Positions 17,699 to 27,400 of a DNA stretch of 36,256 nucleotides are shown in pieces (the first letter of the stretch is position 1; each line of letters starts with the position of its first letter). The notes beneath the pieces are model-generated. The model was not told the DNA's origin and searched no databases. It saw only the letters and a program-made list of their open reading frames with translations. The position numbers were made by a program, and so were the translations under genes. Source of the stretch: Myxococcota bacterium (lineage in GTDB: Bacteria; Myxococcota; JACRCW01); NCBI GenBank assembly GCA_040752415.1, contig JBFMGU010000098.1:1-36256 (forward strand), given 5' to 3'.

Positions 17699-20600
17699 CG
17701 GGCGCGAATCAGGCGCAGGCATTGGTCGGTGTCGGCGAGAATGACGTCGGGTTTTCCATCCGGGTCTACGTCCAGGACGGCAACACCCACCGGTGAGGTC
17801 ATTCCCAGGCGCACGTGCCGCCAGGGCGCGGGGCCGTAGAGGACGGACACGCTGCGCTCATCCCGGTTGGCCACCACGACGTCGTTCCTCCCGTTGCCAT
17901 CCACGTCCGCGATGATGGGCTCCCCCGGGTTCCGGCCCACGGCAACGCGCGTAACGCTTGGGGTACCCAGCCCCGCAACCACGTTCACACTCGCCTCAGC
18001 GCTGTTTGCCACCACGACCTCCGGAAAGAGATCGTCGTCGACATCCGCAACTGCCAGACCGCATGCGCCGGCCTGCGAATACACCGTCACCGGCGCGTCA
18101 AATGTCCCGGGCCCATTGCGGAGGATCACGCGGACAGATTGACCATCGCTCACCACCACGTCTGTCAGTCCGTCCAGGTCGACGTCGCCAACCGCCACGT
18201 CGCAGGTGGTCCCAGCGAGCAACGTCGTGGGCTCACCCAGGTGCCCCTCGCCCGTGCCCGCCAGCCAGGCCAGCTCGGTCGCGCCGCCAACCACCACGTC
18301 GACATCGCCGTCGTCGTCGACGTCGCCAGTGTCCAATGCAACAGCGTTGAGACCGTCGGCAAACACCTCCGCCGCGGCGCTCCGCACCACGGCAATACCG
18401 TCGCTGGTCGCCACCAGGACGTCATTCTTTCCGTCGTGTTCCAAGTCCGCGGCGACGACATCCGCGGCGGGCGCGGGCAGGTTCACCTCAACAGGCGCGG
18501 GGAACGTTGGCGGAACGATCTCGACTGCGCTGACGTCCCGCAGCGAGAACACAAGCTCACCTCCCACGACGTCGAGCCCGTTCACGGCACGAGGGAGGTT
18601 CCACAGACATGGCGCCTCCGGCCCCACGCGCGCAACGGAAACGCCGTCCGCACCACTGACGAACAACGCATCACCCGCAACCGTCACCGCCCGAGGCTGC
18701 GCGCCGACCTGGCGATACATCAGCGGGAAGCCCGTGTCGGTGCGGTACACGCGGGCCACCGCGCTTCCGTCGAGGGTGAGCAGGTCGTTGCCGCCGGTCC
18801 CATCCATGTCGACGATGGCAGCACGCAGCGCCGGACCATCGAGCGGGATGTTCTCGTCGTTCCATCCTCGCCGTTCCCACGTGACCAGGAAGGCACGCTG
18901 TCCCTCACCCGTCGCCACGACGGAAGGACGCAGCCTCTCACCGAGGTAACCAAACGTCACGCTCTCCACGGCCTCGAACGTGGTCATCCGGTGCGCATGG
19001 CTCAACAAGCCCCCGTTGCCAAGGTTCTCGAGGACATCGACGGTGTTGGAGCCCCACGCCACGGCGATGTCGGTGGTGCCGTTCAGATCGAAGTCGCCCG
19101 TCTCCACGTCCACCGGCCCCGTGAGACCGCGGTGGAACACATCCAGCGGCGTGAAGCCCGAGTCCGTCGCCAGGAACACGCGCAGGTCCTGCTCGAGCGC
19201 GTTGACGCCCACCACGTCGTCACGACCGTCCCCGTCGATGTCCGTCAGATCCACCGTCAGGAACCCGCTGGCAGCCACCGTTTCCGTCGTGCCGAAACCG
19301 TTGGGCTGACCGCGCAGCATCAAGAGCGCGTCGGTTCCGGCCACCACCAGGTCGGCCACGCCATCCCCCGTGACGTCGCCAACATCCGCCTCGACAACAT
19401 TCCCGCCGCCGAACTCGAAGCTCGTGGGCTCGCCGACAATCCCCGCACCCTGGCCCCACATGAGCTGCACCCGGGCCGCCCCCACGGAAACCACGTCCAG
19501 GTGACCATCCGCATTCAGATCCACGACGTCGACGTCCACCGCGGCGCTCCCGTGATCCGTGCGCGATTCAAACGACCTGGCACACTCGCGCGCGCCCCGG
19601 TGCATCAGGACAGACAGCGTCCCGTCGCCGTAGTTGGCAACCAGGATGTCCAGCCGTCCGTCGTCATCCAAGTCCCCCAACGCCAGCGCGCGAGGCTGCG
19701 GACCGGCGGCCAGGTGGAACGCTTCCGCGAACGCACCGCCACCGAGCCCCAGCAGGACGCTCACGTTGGCGCTGCGCTCATTGGCCACCACCAGGTCGAG
19801 GATCCCGTCGTCATCCACGGCTCCCACGGCAATGTCGCGTGGGCCCAGGGCCGCATTGAGCGCCTGCGCGGTCAGGAACGTTCCGTCGCCAACACCGGGG
19901 TGGAGCTGCACGTCCAGGTACGTGGCCACGAGGAGATCCAGCATCCCGTCGCCGGTGACGTCGGCCACGGTGACGCTTTCCGGGAAGACGTTGGTGGGGA
20001 TGGATGTGGCGTCGGAGAAGGTGCCGCCGGCCACGCCGAGGCGAAGCGAGAGGTTGTCTCCGGACCAGTTCGTGGTGATGACGTCGAGCAGGCCGTCGCG
20101 GTTGAAGTCCGCCAGTTTCACGTCGTGCGGCGAGCTGCCCATGGGGTAGTCCACCGCGTCATAGCCGCCGTCAGCACGGGCGAGCAGGACGCTGACGCTC
20201 TCTCCCACCTCGTTGGCAGTAACGATGTCCAGGCGGCCATCCCCGTCGAGATCCGCCACGGCCACGGCGTACGGGTTTGTCGCCACGGCGTGGTCTACCG
20301 CGGGCGCCAGCGCGCCGGTCCCGTCGCCAGCCAGCACGGACACGCTGTTGGTGTCGTGGTTGGGGACCACCAGGTCCTCGGCGCCGTCGTGATTGATGTC
20401 CACCACCAGCACGCTCTCCGGCCCCAATCCCGCTGCGTGCGTCGACGGAGAACCCAGGTTCCCACCACCGGTTCCCAGGAGCACCTTCACTTCGTCGTTG
20501 GTATGACTGGTGGCGGCCACGTCGAGGATCCCGTCCCGGTCCAAGTGCCCCAGCGCCACCGACGAGATCCCCTCCGCTACCGGGAGGTGCACCGCATCCG

Positions 20601-21414
20601 CCCACACCGCACGACGAGGATCCAGCGTCACCGTCGCGCGCGCCTCCGACGTGAACACGCCCTGCAACCCCGCGCGAACCACCACCTCCGCGCTCTGGTA
20701 CGTCGGCAGGTCCCGCGGCCAATCCCAGGGGAAGACGTGGCTGGTCCCCGTCGGAGACGTGGGCAGACCGCGCAGCCCCTCGCCGCCCGGCGCGGCAGTG
20801 ACGGGGACCGGCTCACCACCGTTCACCGCGTAGATCACCTCCACGTCGACGCGGCGGGAATCCGGGTGACTCAGCGTGTAGCGCACGGAAGCACAGCCAC
20901 CCGCTCCTGCCAGCGTGACGTCGGACACCGTGGGCGGCGGCAGCACTTGCCACGTCCACGTCGTGAAACGCGTATCCGCCAGCAGGTCCCCCGCCGTCAC
21001 GCGCGGGCGGATCTTCACGCTGCCCACCGGCGGATCAAGCACGTCGACGAAGAACAGCCACCCCACCTGCTCCGCGTTCATCGGCCCATCCCCGGTGTCG
21101 ACGAGGAACGCGCTCCCCACGTCCTCCCCGTCGTCATCCAGGAATGTGAGCGTGACGTTGGCGCCCGGATCAGGGAGCGAGTGCCCCACCACCTGCACGT
21201 GGACGCGGACGCGCTTCTGGCCCGGCACCACCTCGCGCACGTCGGAGCCAATGGACTGCACCGCGACGTGGGGCGGGAGCACGCCCGCGTCGGGCAGGGT
21301 GCTGGCGTCGGGCACCTCAGGGCTCTCGCCCGTGGTGGTGCACGCCAACCCGCCCAGGATCCCGACCAGGATGACCGCCCAGGTGCCCCCACCCAGGCGC
21401 AGCCGTCGACTCAT
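17695..21414 (-). CDS. FG-GAP/VCBS repeat (beta-propeller) lipoprotein
   Basis: Lipobox GLAC after a hydrophobic stretch. Many D-x-(D/N)-x-D-G-x-x-D-(L/I/V) calcium-binding repeats, for example ADLDGDGRLDIVTAN, ADFNRDGLLDVITTN and GDLDDDGRLDILVAN. Confidence 0.9.
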   Translation of the reverse strand: MSRRLRLGGGTWAVILVGILGGLACTTTGESPEVPDASTLPDAGVLPPHVAVQSIGSDVREVVPGQKRVRVHVQVVGHSLPDPGANVTLTFLDDDGEDVGSAFLVDTGDGPMNAEQVGWLFFVDVLDPPVGSVKIRPRVTAGDLLADTRFTTWTWQVLPPPTVSDVTLAGAGGCASVRYTLSHPDSRRVDVEVIYAVNGGEPVPVTAAPGGEGLRGLPTSPTGTSHVFPWDWPRDLPTYQSAEVVVRAGLQGVFTSEARATVTLDPRRAVWADAVHLPVAEGISSVALGHLDRDGILDVAATSHTNDEVKVLLGTGGGNLGSPSTHAAGLGPESVLVVDINHDGAEDLVVPNHDTNSVSVLAGDGTGALAPAVDHAVATNPYAVAVADLDGDGRLDIVTANEVGESVSVLLARADGGYDAVDYPMGSSPHDVKLADFNRDGLLDVITTNWSGDNLSLRLGVAGGTFSDATSIPTNVFPESVTVADVTGDGMLDLLVATYLDVQLHPGVGDGTFLTAQALNAALGPRDIAVGAVDDDGILDLVVANERSANVSVLLGLGGGAFAEAFHLAAGPQPRALALGDLDDDGRLDILVANYGDGTLSVLMHRGARECARSFESRTDHGSAAVDVDVVDLNADGHLDVVSVGAARVQLMWGQGAGIVGEPTSFEFGGGNVVEADVGDVTGDGVADLVVAGTDALLMLRGQPNGFGTTETVAASGFLTVDLTDIDGDGRDDVVGVNALEQDLRVFLATDSGFTPLDVFHRGLTGPVDVETGDFDLNGTTDIAVAWGSNTVDVLENLGNGGLLSHAHRMTTFEAVESVTFGYLGERLRPSVVATGEGQRAFLVTWERRGWNDENIPLDGPALRAAIVDMDGTGGNDLLTLDGSAVARVYRTDTGFPLMYRQVGAQPRAVTVAGDALFVSGADGVSVARVGPEAPCLWNLPRAVNGLDVVGGELVFSLRDVSAVEIVPPTFPAPVEVNLPAPAADVVAADLEHDGKNDVLVATSDGIAVVRSAAAEVFADGLNAVALDTGDVDDDGDVDVVVGGATELAWLAGTGEGHLGEPTTLLAGTTCDVAVGDVDLDGLTDVVVSDGQSVRVILRNGPGTFDAPVTVYSQAGACGLAVADVDDDLFPEVVVANSAEASVNVVAGLGTPSVTRVAVGRNPGEPIIADVDGNGRNDVVVANRDERSVSVLYGPAPWRHVRLGMTSPVGVAVLDVDPDGKPDVILADTDQCLRLIRAR

Positions 21415-21481
21415 GCGGGGGGTGTTGCCACATCCCGGCGGCCCGCTCCAAGGCCGGTGTGGGTGCGTGCAGGAGTCCTCC

Positions 21482-21510
21482 TTGACTTCAGGTGGACCGA
21501 ACCGTACACA
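21482..21510 (+). promoter_or_regulatory. Putative sigma70-type promoter of the rpmE operon
   Basis: TTGACT (21482-21487), 17-bp spacer, TACACA (21505-21510), about 75 nt upstream of the rpmE start. Confidence 0.55.
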
Positions 21511-21528
21511 GCCCGCTCTTTATGCGGT

Positions 21529-21565
21529 CGGGACCCACGGGGCGCCTTGTTCCGTGCACCTCCCG
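21529..21565 (+). promoter_or_regulatory. Hairpin in the rpmE 5' leader (candidate L31 leader)
   Basis: CGGGA/TCCCG outer stem, an internal loop, then CACGGGGC/GTTCCGTG inner stem (2 G-U pairs) with a GCCTT loop. It ends just before the AGGA SD-like sequence. Confidence 0.4.
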
Positions 21566-21584
21566 CCAGGTCAGGAAGCACGTC

Positions 21585-21797
21585 ATGAAGGCCGACATCC
21601 ATCCCGTCTATCCCAACTCCACCATCACCTGCGCCTGCGGCGCCACCTATGACGTCCGCAGCACCCGCGGCAGCTACACCATCGAGATCTGCGCTGCTTG
21701 CCACCCGTTCTTCACCGGCAAGCAGAAGATGATGGACACCGAGGGTCGCGTGGACCGCTTCAACCGCAAGTACAAGCGCGGTGGCGCCAGCGCCTGA
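21585..21797 (+). CDS. rpmE: 50S ribosomal protein L31 (zinc-binding, C+ type)
   Basis: MKADIHPVY...CACG...[29 protein letters not shown] is the L31 signature, with all four Cys retained. Confidence 0.98.
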   Translation: MKADIHPVYPNSTITCACGATYDVRSTRGSYTIEICAACHPFFTGKQKMMDTEGRVDRFNRKYKRGGASA

Positions 21798-21821
21798 GGC
21801 GTCCCGGAAAGACCATCCGCT

Positions 21822-22907
21822 GTGCTGCCGCCCGGCCCTGCCTCGCTCTGCCGCCTCAAGCTCTGTGTGCTGGCGCTTGCCGCCGCGCCGTTTGCGGTGG
21901 GCGGGCAGGCGGTGCTGGGCGGCGTCATGATGCGCGCGCCCCGTGCCATGACGGTCGCGGTGCGACGTCGTGACGGGTCCATCACCCTGCAGGAACAATC
22001 CGCGCCCGCGCCGGAGTCGCGTCCGGGCGTGCTGCGCCTCCCCTTCGTGCGGGGTGCGGTGGTGCTGGTGGAGAGCCTGAAGCACGGGCTTTCCGCGCTC
22101 CGGTTCAGCGCGCGCTGCATGGAAGAGGACCTCGCGGCCGAGGAGGCGGAACGCACCGGCAAGGCCCCGGAAGCCCGCACCTCCGACGAGGGACCGCTCT
22201 CGCTCGTCGTCAGCGTGGCCCTGGCCGTGGCGCTGTTCGTGGCCCTGCCCCACGCGCTGGCGTGGCTCACCGGTCAGGCGGCGGGCGGTCTGCCGGTGGA
22301 CGGCTTCGGGTTCCACCTCGTGGACGGGCTGTTCAAGCTGGGGATCTTCGTCGGGTACCTGGCGTTGATCGGGCGCATCCCGGAGATCACCGGGGTGTTC
22401 CGGTACCACGGCGCAGAGCACAAGAGCGTGCACTGCCAGGAGCGCGGCCGGCCCCTGGTGACGACGGAGGCCCAGCAGTTCTCCACCGCGCATCCCCGTT
22501 GCGGGACCAGCCTGTTGCTGTGGGTGGTGGCGCTGAGCGTGTTCATCTTTGCCGGCGTGCTGCCCATGCTTCCGCCGCTCTCGGAAAACCCGTGGCTGAG
22601 CAACGTGGGCTACGTGCTCATCAAGGTCCCGCTGATGTTCCCCCTGGCCGGGCTGGCGTATGAGCTCCAGCGGCTGGGCGCGCGCAACCCCGACGGAAAA
22701 CTGATGCGCGTGCTGCTCTCCCCGGGTATGCGCCTGCAGGCATTGACCACCCGGCCCCCTTCGGATGACGAAGTGGAGGTGGCGCTGGTGGCGCTGCGCG
22801 GTGCGCTGGCCTTGGATGGTGCGGCGCGCGGGATGGCAACGACGGTGGTGGAGCCCCGGACGCGCAGCTTCGGGGGATTCGCGGAAGCAACCACGGCGCT
22901 GGGCTGA
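21822..22907 (+). CDS. DUF1385 family membrane protein (putative metal-dependent enzyme)
   Basis: GGQAVLGGVMMR, PFVRG, FRYHGAEHK, HPRCGTS and LQALTTRPP motifs. Usual position between rpmE and prfA. Start uncertain (GTG at 21822 or 21867). Confidence 0.9.
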   Translation: MLPPGPASLCRLKLCVLALAAAPFAVGGQAVLGGVMMRAPRAMTVAVRRRDGSITLQEQSAPAPESRPGVLRLPFVRGAVVLVESLKHGLSALRFSARCMEEDLAAEEAERTGKAPEARTSDEGPLSLVVSVALAVALFVALPHALAWLTGQAAGGLPVDGFGFHLVDGLFKLGIFVGYLALIGRIPEITGVFRYHGAEHKSVHCQERGRPLVTTEAQQFSTAHPRCGTSLLLWVVALSVFIFAGVLPMLPPLSENPWLSNVGYVLIKVPLMFPLAGLAYELQRLGARNPDGKLMRVLLSPGMRLQALTTRPPSDDEVEVALVALRGALALDGAARGMATTVVEPRTRSFGGFAEATTALG

Positions 22908-22918
22908 CGGAGGTAGGA

Positions 22919-23140
22919 ATGCAGGAGACGACGCCATACTGGGCCGACATTGCCTTCCCCGTTCTGGCATTCGTGCTGACCATCGTGGGGCCGGTGTTCG
23001 TGGCGCTGTGGGTCATTGTGAAGACGCTGCGCGACAAAGAGGCCTACCAGCGTGAATCCGAGGCGGCCGCGGCAGGTGAGGCAGGAGCCGCCGACGGGGA
23101 GAATGAGGGCGGAAGCCGACGTCGCAAGAAGAAGCGCTGA
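22919..23140 (+). CDS. Small single-pass membrane protein, unknown function
   Basis: Strong RBS (GGAGGTAGGA) directly before the ATG. One long hydrophobic helix, an acidic/Ala linker and a basic RRRKKKR tail. It fills the gap between the DUF1385 gene and prfA with high-GC3 codons. Confidence 0.75.
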   Translation: MQETTPYWADIAFPVLAFVLTIVGPVFVALWVIVKTLRDKEAYQRESEAAAAGEAGAADGENEGGSRRRKKKR

Positions 23141-23161
23141 GGGGCACGCCGCACCGTTGTC

Positions 23162-24247
23162 ATGACCGACCGTCTGCTGTTGCAGAAGCTGGAAGAGGTG
23201 GATGCGCGCTTTGAGGCCGTGAACGCGCGCCTGGCCGACCCCGCCCTCAGCTCGAACATCAAGGAGCTGACCAAGCTCAACCGGGAGCGCTCCCAGCTCA
23301 ACGAGGTGGTGGAGGCGTTCCGCAGCTACCGCGCCAAGCTCGACGAGCAGGAGCAGAACCGCACGCTCCTCAAGGACGCCGACCCGGACATCCGCGCCCT
23401 GGCCAAGGAGGAGGCGGAGCGCCTGGAGCGCGAGCTGCCCGAGCTGGAACAGAAGCTCCGTGTCCTGCTCCTCCCCAAGGACCCCAACGACGACAAGAAC
23501 GTGGTGCTGGAGATCCGCGCCGGCACCGGTGGCGACGAGGCCGCGCTCTTCGCCGGCGACCTGTTGCGCATGTACACGCGCTTTGCCGAGGAGCACGGGT
23601 GGAAGGTGGAGCCCATGAGCCAGAGCGCGGGGACGGCGGGCGGCTTCAAGGAGGTCATCGTCTCCGTCGAGGGTGAGGGCGTCTACAGCACGCTGAAGTA
23701 CGAGAGCGGCGTGCACCGCGTGCAGCGCGTGCCGGCCACCGAGGCGCAGGGGCGCATCCACACCAGCGCGGCCACCGTGGCGGTGCTCCCCGAAGCCGAC
23801 GAGGTTGAGGTCAAGATCGACGAGAAGGACCTGCGCATCGACGTGTTCCGCTCCTCGGGCGCGGGCGGCCAGTCCGTCAACACCACCGACAGCGCCGTGC
23901 GCATCACGCACCTCCCCACCGGCCTGGTGGTGCAGTGCCAGGACGAGCGCAGCCAGAGCAAGAACAAGAGCCGTGCGCTCAAGGTGCTGCGCGCCCGCCT
24001 CTACGAGATCCAACGCGCCGAGGCGGAGGCCAAGCTGAGCGCGGAGCGCAAGAACCAGGTCAAGAGCGGTGACCGCAGCGACAAGATCCGCACGTACAAC
24101 TTCCCGCAGGACCGCTGCACGGACCACCGGATTGGGCTCACGCTGCACAACCTCCCACGCATCATGCAGGGCGAGCTGGAGCCCGTGGTGACGGCGTTGC
24201 GGCTGCATTTCCAGGCGGAAGCGCTCAAGGGCCAGACGGGCGTCTGA
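23162..24247 (+). CDS. prfA: Peptide chain release factor 1
   Basis: [29 protein letters not shown] (PAT/PxT motif specific to RF1), GAGGQSVN (GGQ) and [10 protein letters not shown]. Confidence 0.98.
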   Translation: MTDRLLLQKLEEVDARFEAVNARLADPALSSNIKELTKLNRERSQLNEVVEAFRSYRAKLDEQEQNRTLLKDADPDIRALAKEEAERLERELPELEQKLRVLLLPKDPNDDKNVVLEIRAGTGGDEAALFAGDLLRMYTRFAEEHGWKVEPMSQSAGTAGGFKEVIVSVEGEGVYSTLKYESGVHRVQRVPATEAQGRIHTSAATVAVLPEADEVEVKIDEKDLRIDVFRSSGAGGQSVNTTDSAVRITHLPTGLVVQCQDERSQSKNKSRALKVLRARLYEIQRAEAEAKLSAERKNQVKSGDRSDKIRTYNFPQDRCTDHRIGLTLHNLPRIMQGELEPVVTALRLHFQAEALKGQTGV

Positions 24248-24430
24248 CGGCCAACGGCTGGGCGCATGGAACGCGGATGCCCTCCCACGTCACCCATCGG
24301 GGAGCTGTCCCCGCCGTCAACAGGCGGATCAAGAAGCGGCAGCTCGGGGTGTTGACCTCGGCCGGGGTTTGCTACGCTGCACGGCTCTTCCGCCGGGAAT
24401 CCCGGTCGGGAGGACCCCTGGAGGGCTGTC

Positions 24431-27400
24431 ATGCTGTGGACTCGGAGCCTGGTGGCTGGCGCGCTGTTGATTTCCCTCGCTGCGTGCGCGGATTGCGGCG
24501 GCACTCCCGGCGTGGGTGGTGACGACGGCGGCACGGGCGGCGTGACGGTGTCCAGCTCGTCCAGCAGCTCCTCGGGCGGCGTCGGAACGTCGTCGTCCAG
24601 CAGCTCTTCCGGCGGCACCAGCAGCGGCGACGGCGGCGTGGGTGACGGCGGCGTGGGCGACGGAGGCGAGCCCACCGTGCTCATCACGTCGGTGGACCCG
24701 GGCTTTGGCACCGTGCAGGGCGGGTGCAACAACACGCCCATTCCTCCCCCGCCGTGTCGTGTCACCATCCGCGGCGCCGGCTTCACCGCCCCCGGCGAGA
24801 CCAATGAGCTGCTCTTCGGCGGCAACCCCGCCACCGGCATCATCCGCGTCTCCGACACCGTCCTGACCGCGTTCCTCCCCACCGCCGCGGGCCCGGGCGC
24901 CGTCGACGTCAGCGTCACCAATCCGCGCGGCACGTTCACGCTGCCGGAAGGCTTCACGTACATTGACGCGGTCCGCGTGGACTCCATTGACCCCGCGGTG
25001 GTCCCCACGACGGGCGGAACCACGGTCACCATCAACGGGGTCGGCTTCCAGACCGTGGAGGCGGTGCTGCTGGGTTCACGCTCGGCCACCGGTCTCGTCG
25101 TGGCGGAGGATGGGAACAGTCTCACCGTCGTCACACCGCCGCACGTGGCCGGTCGCGTCGACGTGGAGTTGGTGAGCCAGTACGGCACCAGCAAGATGCT
25201 GCTCGGCCTGCGCTACGTGGCCCCGGTGACCATCACGCGCGTGGACCCCGCGGTGGGCCCGCTGGCCGGCGACAACGTCGTCAGCGTGCACGGCACCGGC
25301 TTCTCCGAGACCACGGTGGTGACCTTTGGTGGCCAGGCGGCGCGCGTCGTGGACTTCGTGGGCGAGGACGAGCTGCGCGTGGCGGTTCCCGCGGGCAGCG
25401 CGGCGGGCACGGTCGACGTCGTGGTGAGTGAACCGACCATCAACAGCGTGGCCACGCTGGCCGACGGTTACGGGTACCTCGCCGACGGGGCCGCGCCGCA
25501 GCTCACCGTGGTCGCCCCCAACATGGGCCCGGTGGAAGGCGGGACCGAGGTGCACCTGTATGGCGTGCAGTTGCAGGGCGCCAACCTGGAAGTCCGCTTT
25601 GGCACCACGCTCGCCGACGCGCCGCAGGTGCTGAGCGCCGGTCATCTCGTCGTCAATTCCCCGTCTGCCACGGCGGCGGGCGCGGTGGATGTCTCCGTCA
25701 CGCGCGACGGCACCACCCTCACCGCCACGGGCGCGTTCACCTACAAGGCGCTGGTGACCCTCACGCAGCTGGACCCGGCCGGCGGCCCCGACGTGGGTGG
25801 CACGCCGCTCATCATCTCCGGCAGCAACCTCTCCGACGCCTGCATCTTCACCCTCGGTGGCCAGGTTCTCGACGTGCTGGTGAGCGACCCGTCCACGGCC
25901 ACGTCGTCAGCTCCGCCGGGAAGCGCGGGCTCGGTGGACCTGGAGGTGACCTGCCCCGACGCCGGCTCGGCCATCCTGAAGGACGCGTACACCTACGACT
26001 CCGCGCTGCAGATCCTGGGCGTGGAGCCCATCCGTGGCGCCATGGCGGGCGGGACCTACGTGCTGGTGCGCGGCACCGGTTTCGCGTCGGGGCCGAACCT
26101 CAAGGTGCTCTTTGACGCGTCCGAGGCCATCAACGTCAACGTGGTCTCCGACAACCTGCTCACCGCGTACACGCCCTCGCACGGGCCCGGCGCTGTCGAC
26201 GTCAAGGTGACGCTGGGCCAGCAGACCTCCACCCGCACGCGCGCGTTCACCTACTATGACCCGTCGGCCATCGTCGGCGGTGTGAAGGGTGGCGCCATCA
26301 ACGGCTCGGTGAACATCACCGCCATCGACATCGTCTTCGGGTTCCCCATTCCCGAAGCGCTGGCGGTGCTCGGCACGGAGACGGGCGCGGAATACACCGG
26401 CTTCACGGACATGCGCGGCCAGGTCACCCTCAGCGGCCCCGACGTGTTCGGCCAGCAGACCGTCACGGTGGCGCACTGCAACTACTCCTACGTCACCCTC
26501 GGCGGCGTGAACGCGTCGGACATCACCGTGTACATGTTCCCCATGATGCCGCCGCGTTGCGGCACGCCCTCGCCGCCCTCGCCGCCGCCGCCCCCGCCGC
26601 CGCTGCCTCCTCCGCCGGTCATCAGCGGCAAGGTGACGGGCTTTGCCAAGGAGCTGTTCGACCCCGCCAACCTGGGTCCCAACGAGGTGGCCGCGGCGTT
26701 CGTGACGCACACGTGGCCCAGCCCGTTCAGCTATCCGCCGGCGCAGTGGCAGATGGCGTCGTCGCAGATCGTGTTCGTGGAGGGTGGGCAGTACGTGATT
26801 CCCGCCGCGTGGCGCACCGGACCCATGGCCATCATCGGCATCGCCGGCATCTACAACGTGGAGACGGGCGAGTTCTTCGCCACGCAGATTGGCTTCAACC
26901 GCGGGCTGATTGCGGACCTGGGCGGCGTCTATGAGAACCGCGACGTGGAGCTGACCATCCCGCTGACCAAGCGGCTCACCATCCAGTTCCCCGACGCACC
27001 CTATGACCAGATTCGCGCGCTCTCGCCGGGCGTGGGCGTGGGGAACATCCTGATTCCGTACCTGAACCTCGGCGGTGAAGGCGCGCATCCCGTCTACGGC
27101 TGGGAGCGCCAGGGCAGCGACGAGCTGGAGTTCACCCTCGAGAACTTCGCCGAGGCGCCCGGCGACCTGTTCACGTTCATTGCGCGCTACCTGAGCCTCA
27201 CCGAAACCAACCTGCCCTACTCCACGGTGCTGCAGGACGGTGAAGGACCGCTGGGGCCGGCCATTGCGCTGAGCCCGCTGATGGGCTTCCCGGAGCTGCT
27301 CAGCCCGACGGAGAACGGCGTGATGGAAGGTCGCGTGTTCCGCATCAAGCCCATGGTCGGCACGCAGCCCAGCTTCTACGAGCTCACGTTCAGCACGCTG

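Noticed and set aside
21566..21580. CCAGGTCAGGAAGCA resembles part of the SRP (4.5S) RNA conserved loop
   Set aside because: It lacks the GGAA-tetraloop hairpin between CAGG and AGCA and the enclosing long stem, and it coincides with the rpmE ribosome-binding region.
24352..24378. TTGACC...TGCTACGCT promoter-like sequence upstream of the IPT gene
   Set aside because: The -35/-10 spacing is only 15 bp. An extended -10 is possible but too weak to call.
24541..24670. Short direct repeats encoding poly-Ser and DGGVG; similar Ser/Gly/Thr tracts at about 31430-31610
   Set aside because: Ordinary low-complexity linkers of myxobacterial surface proteins, not independent elements.
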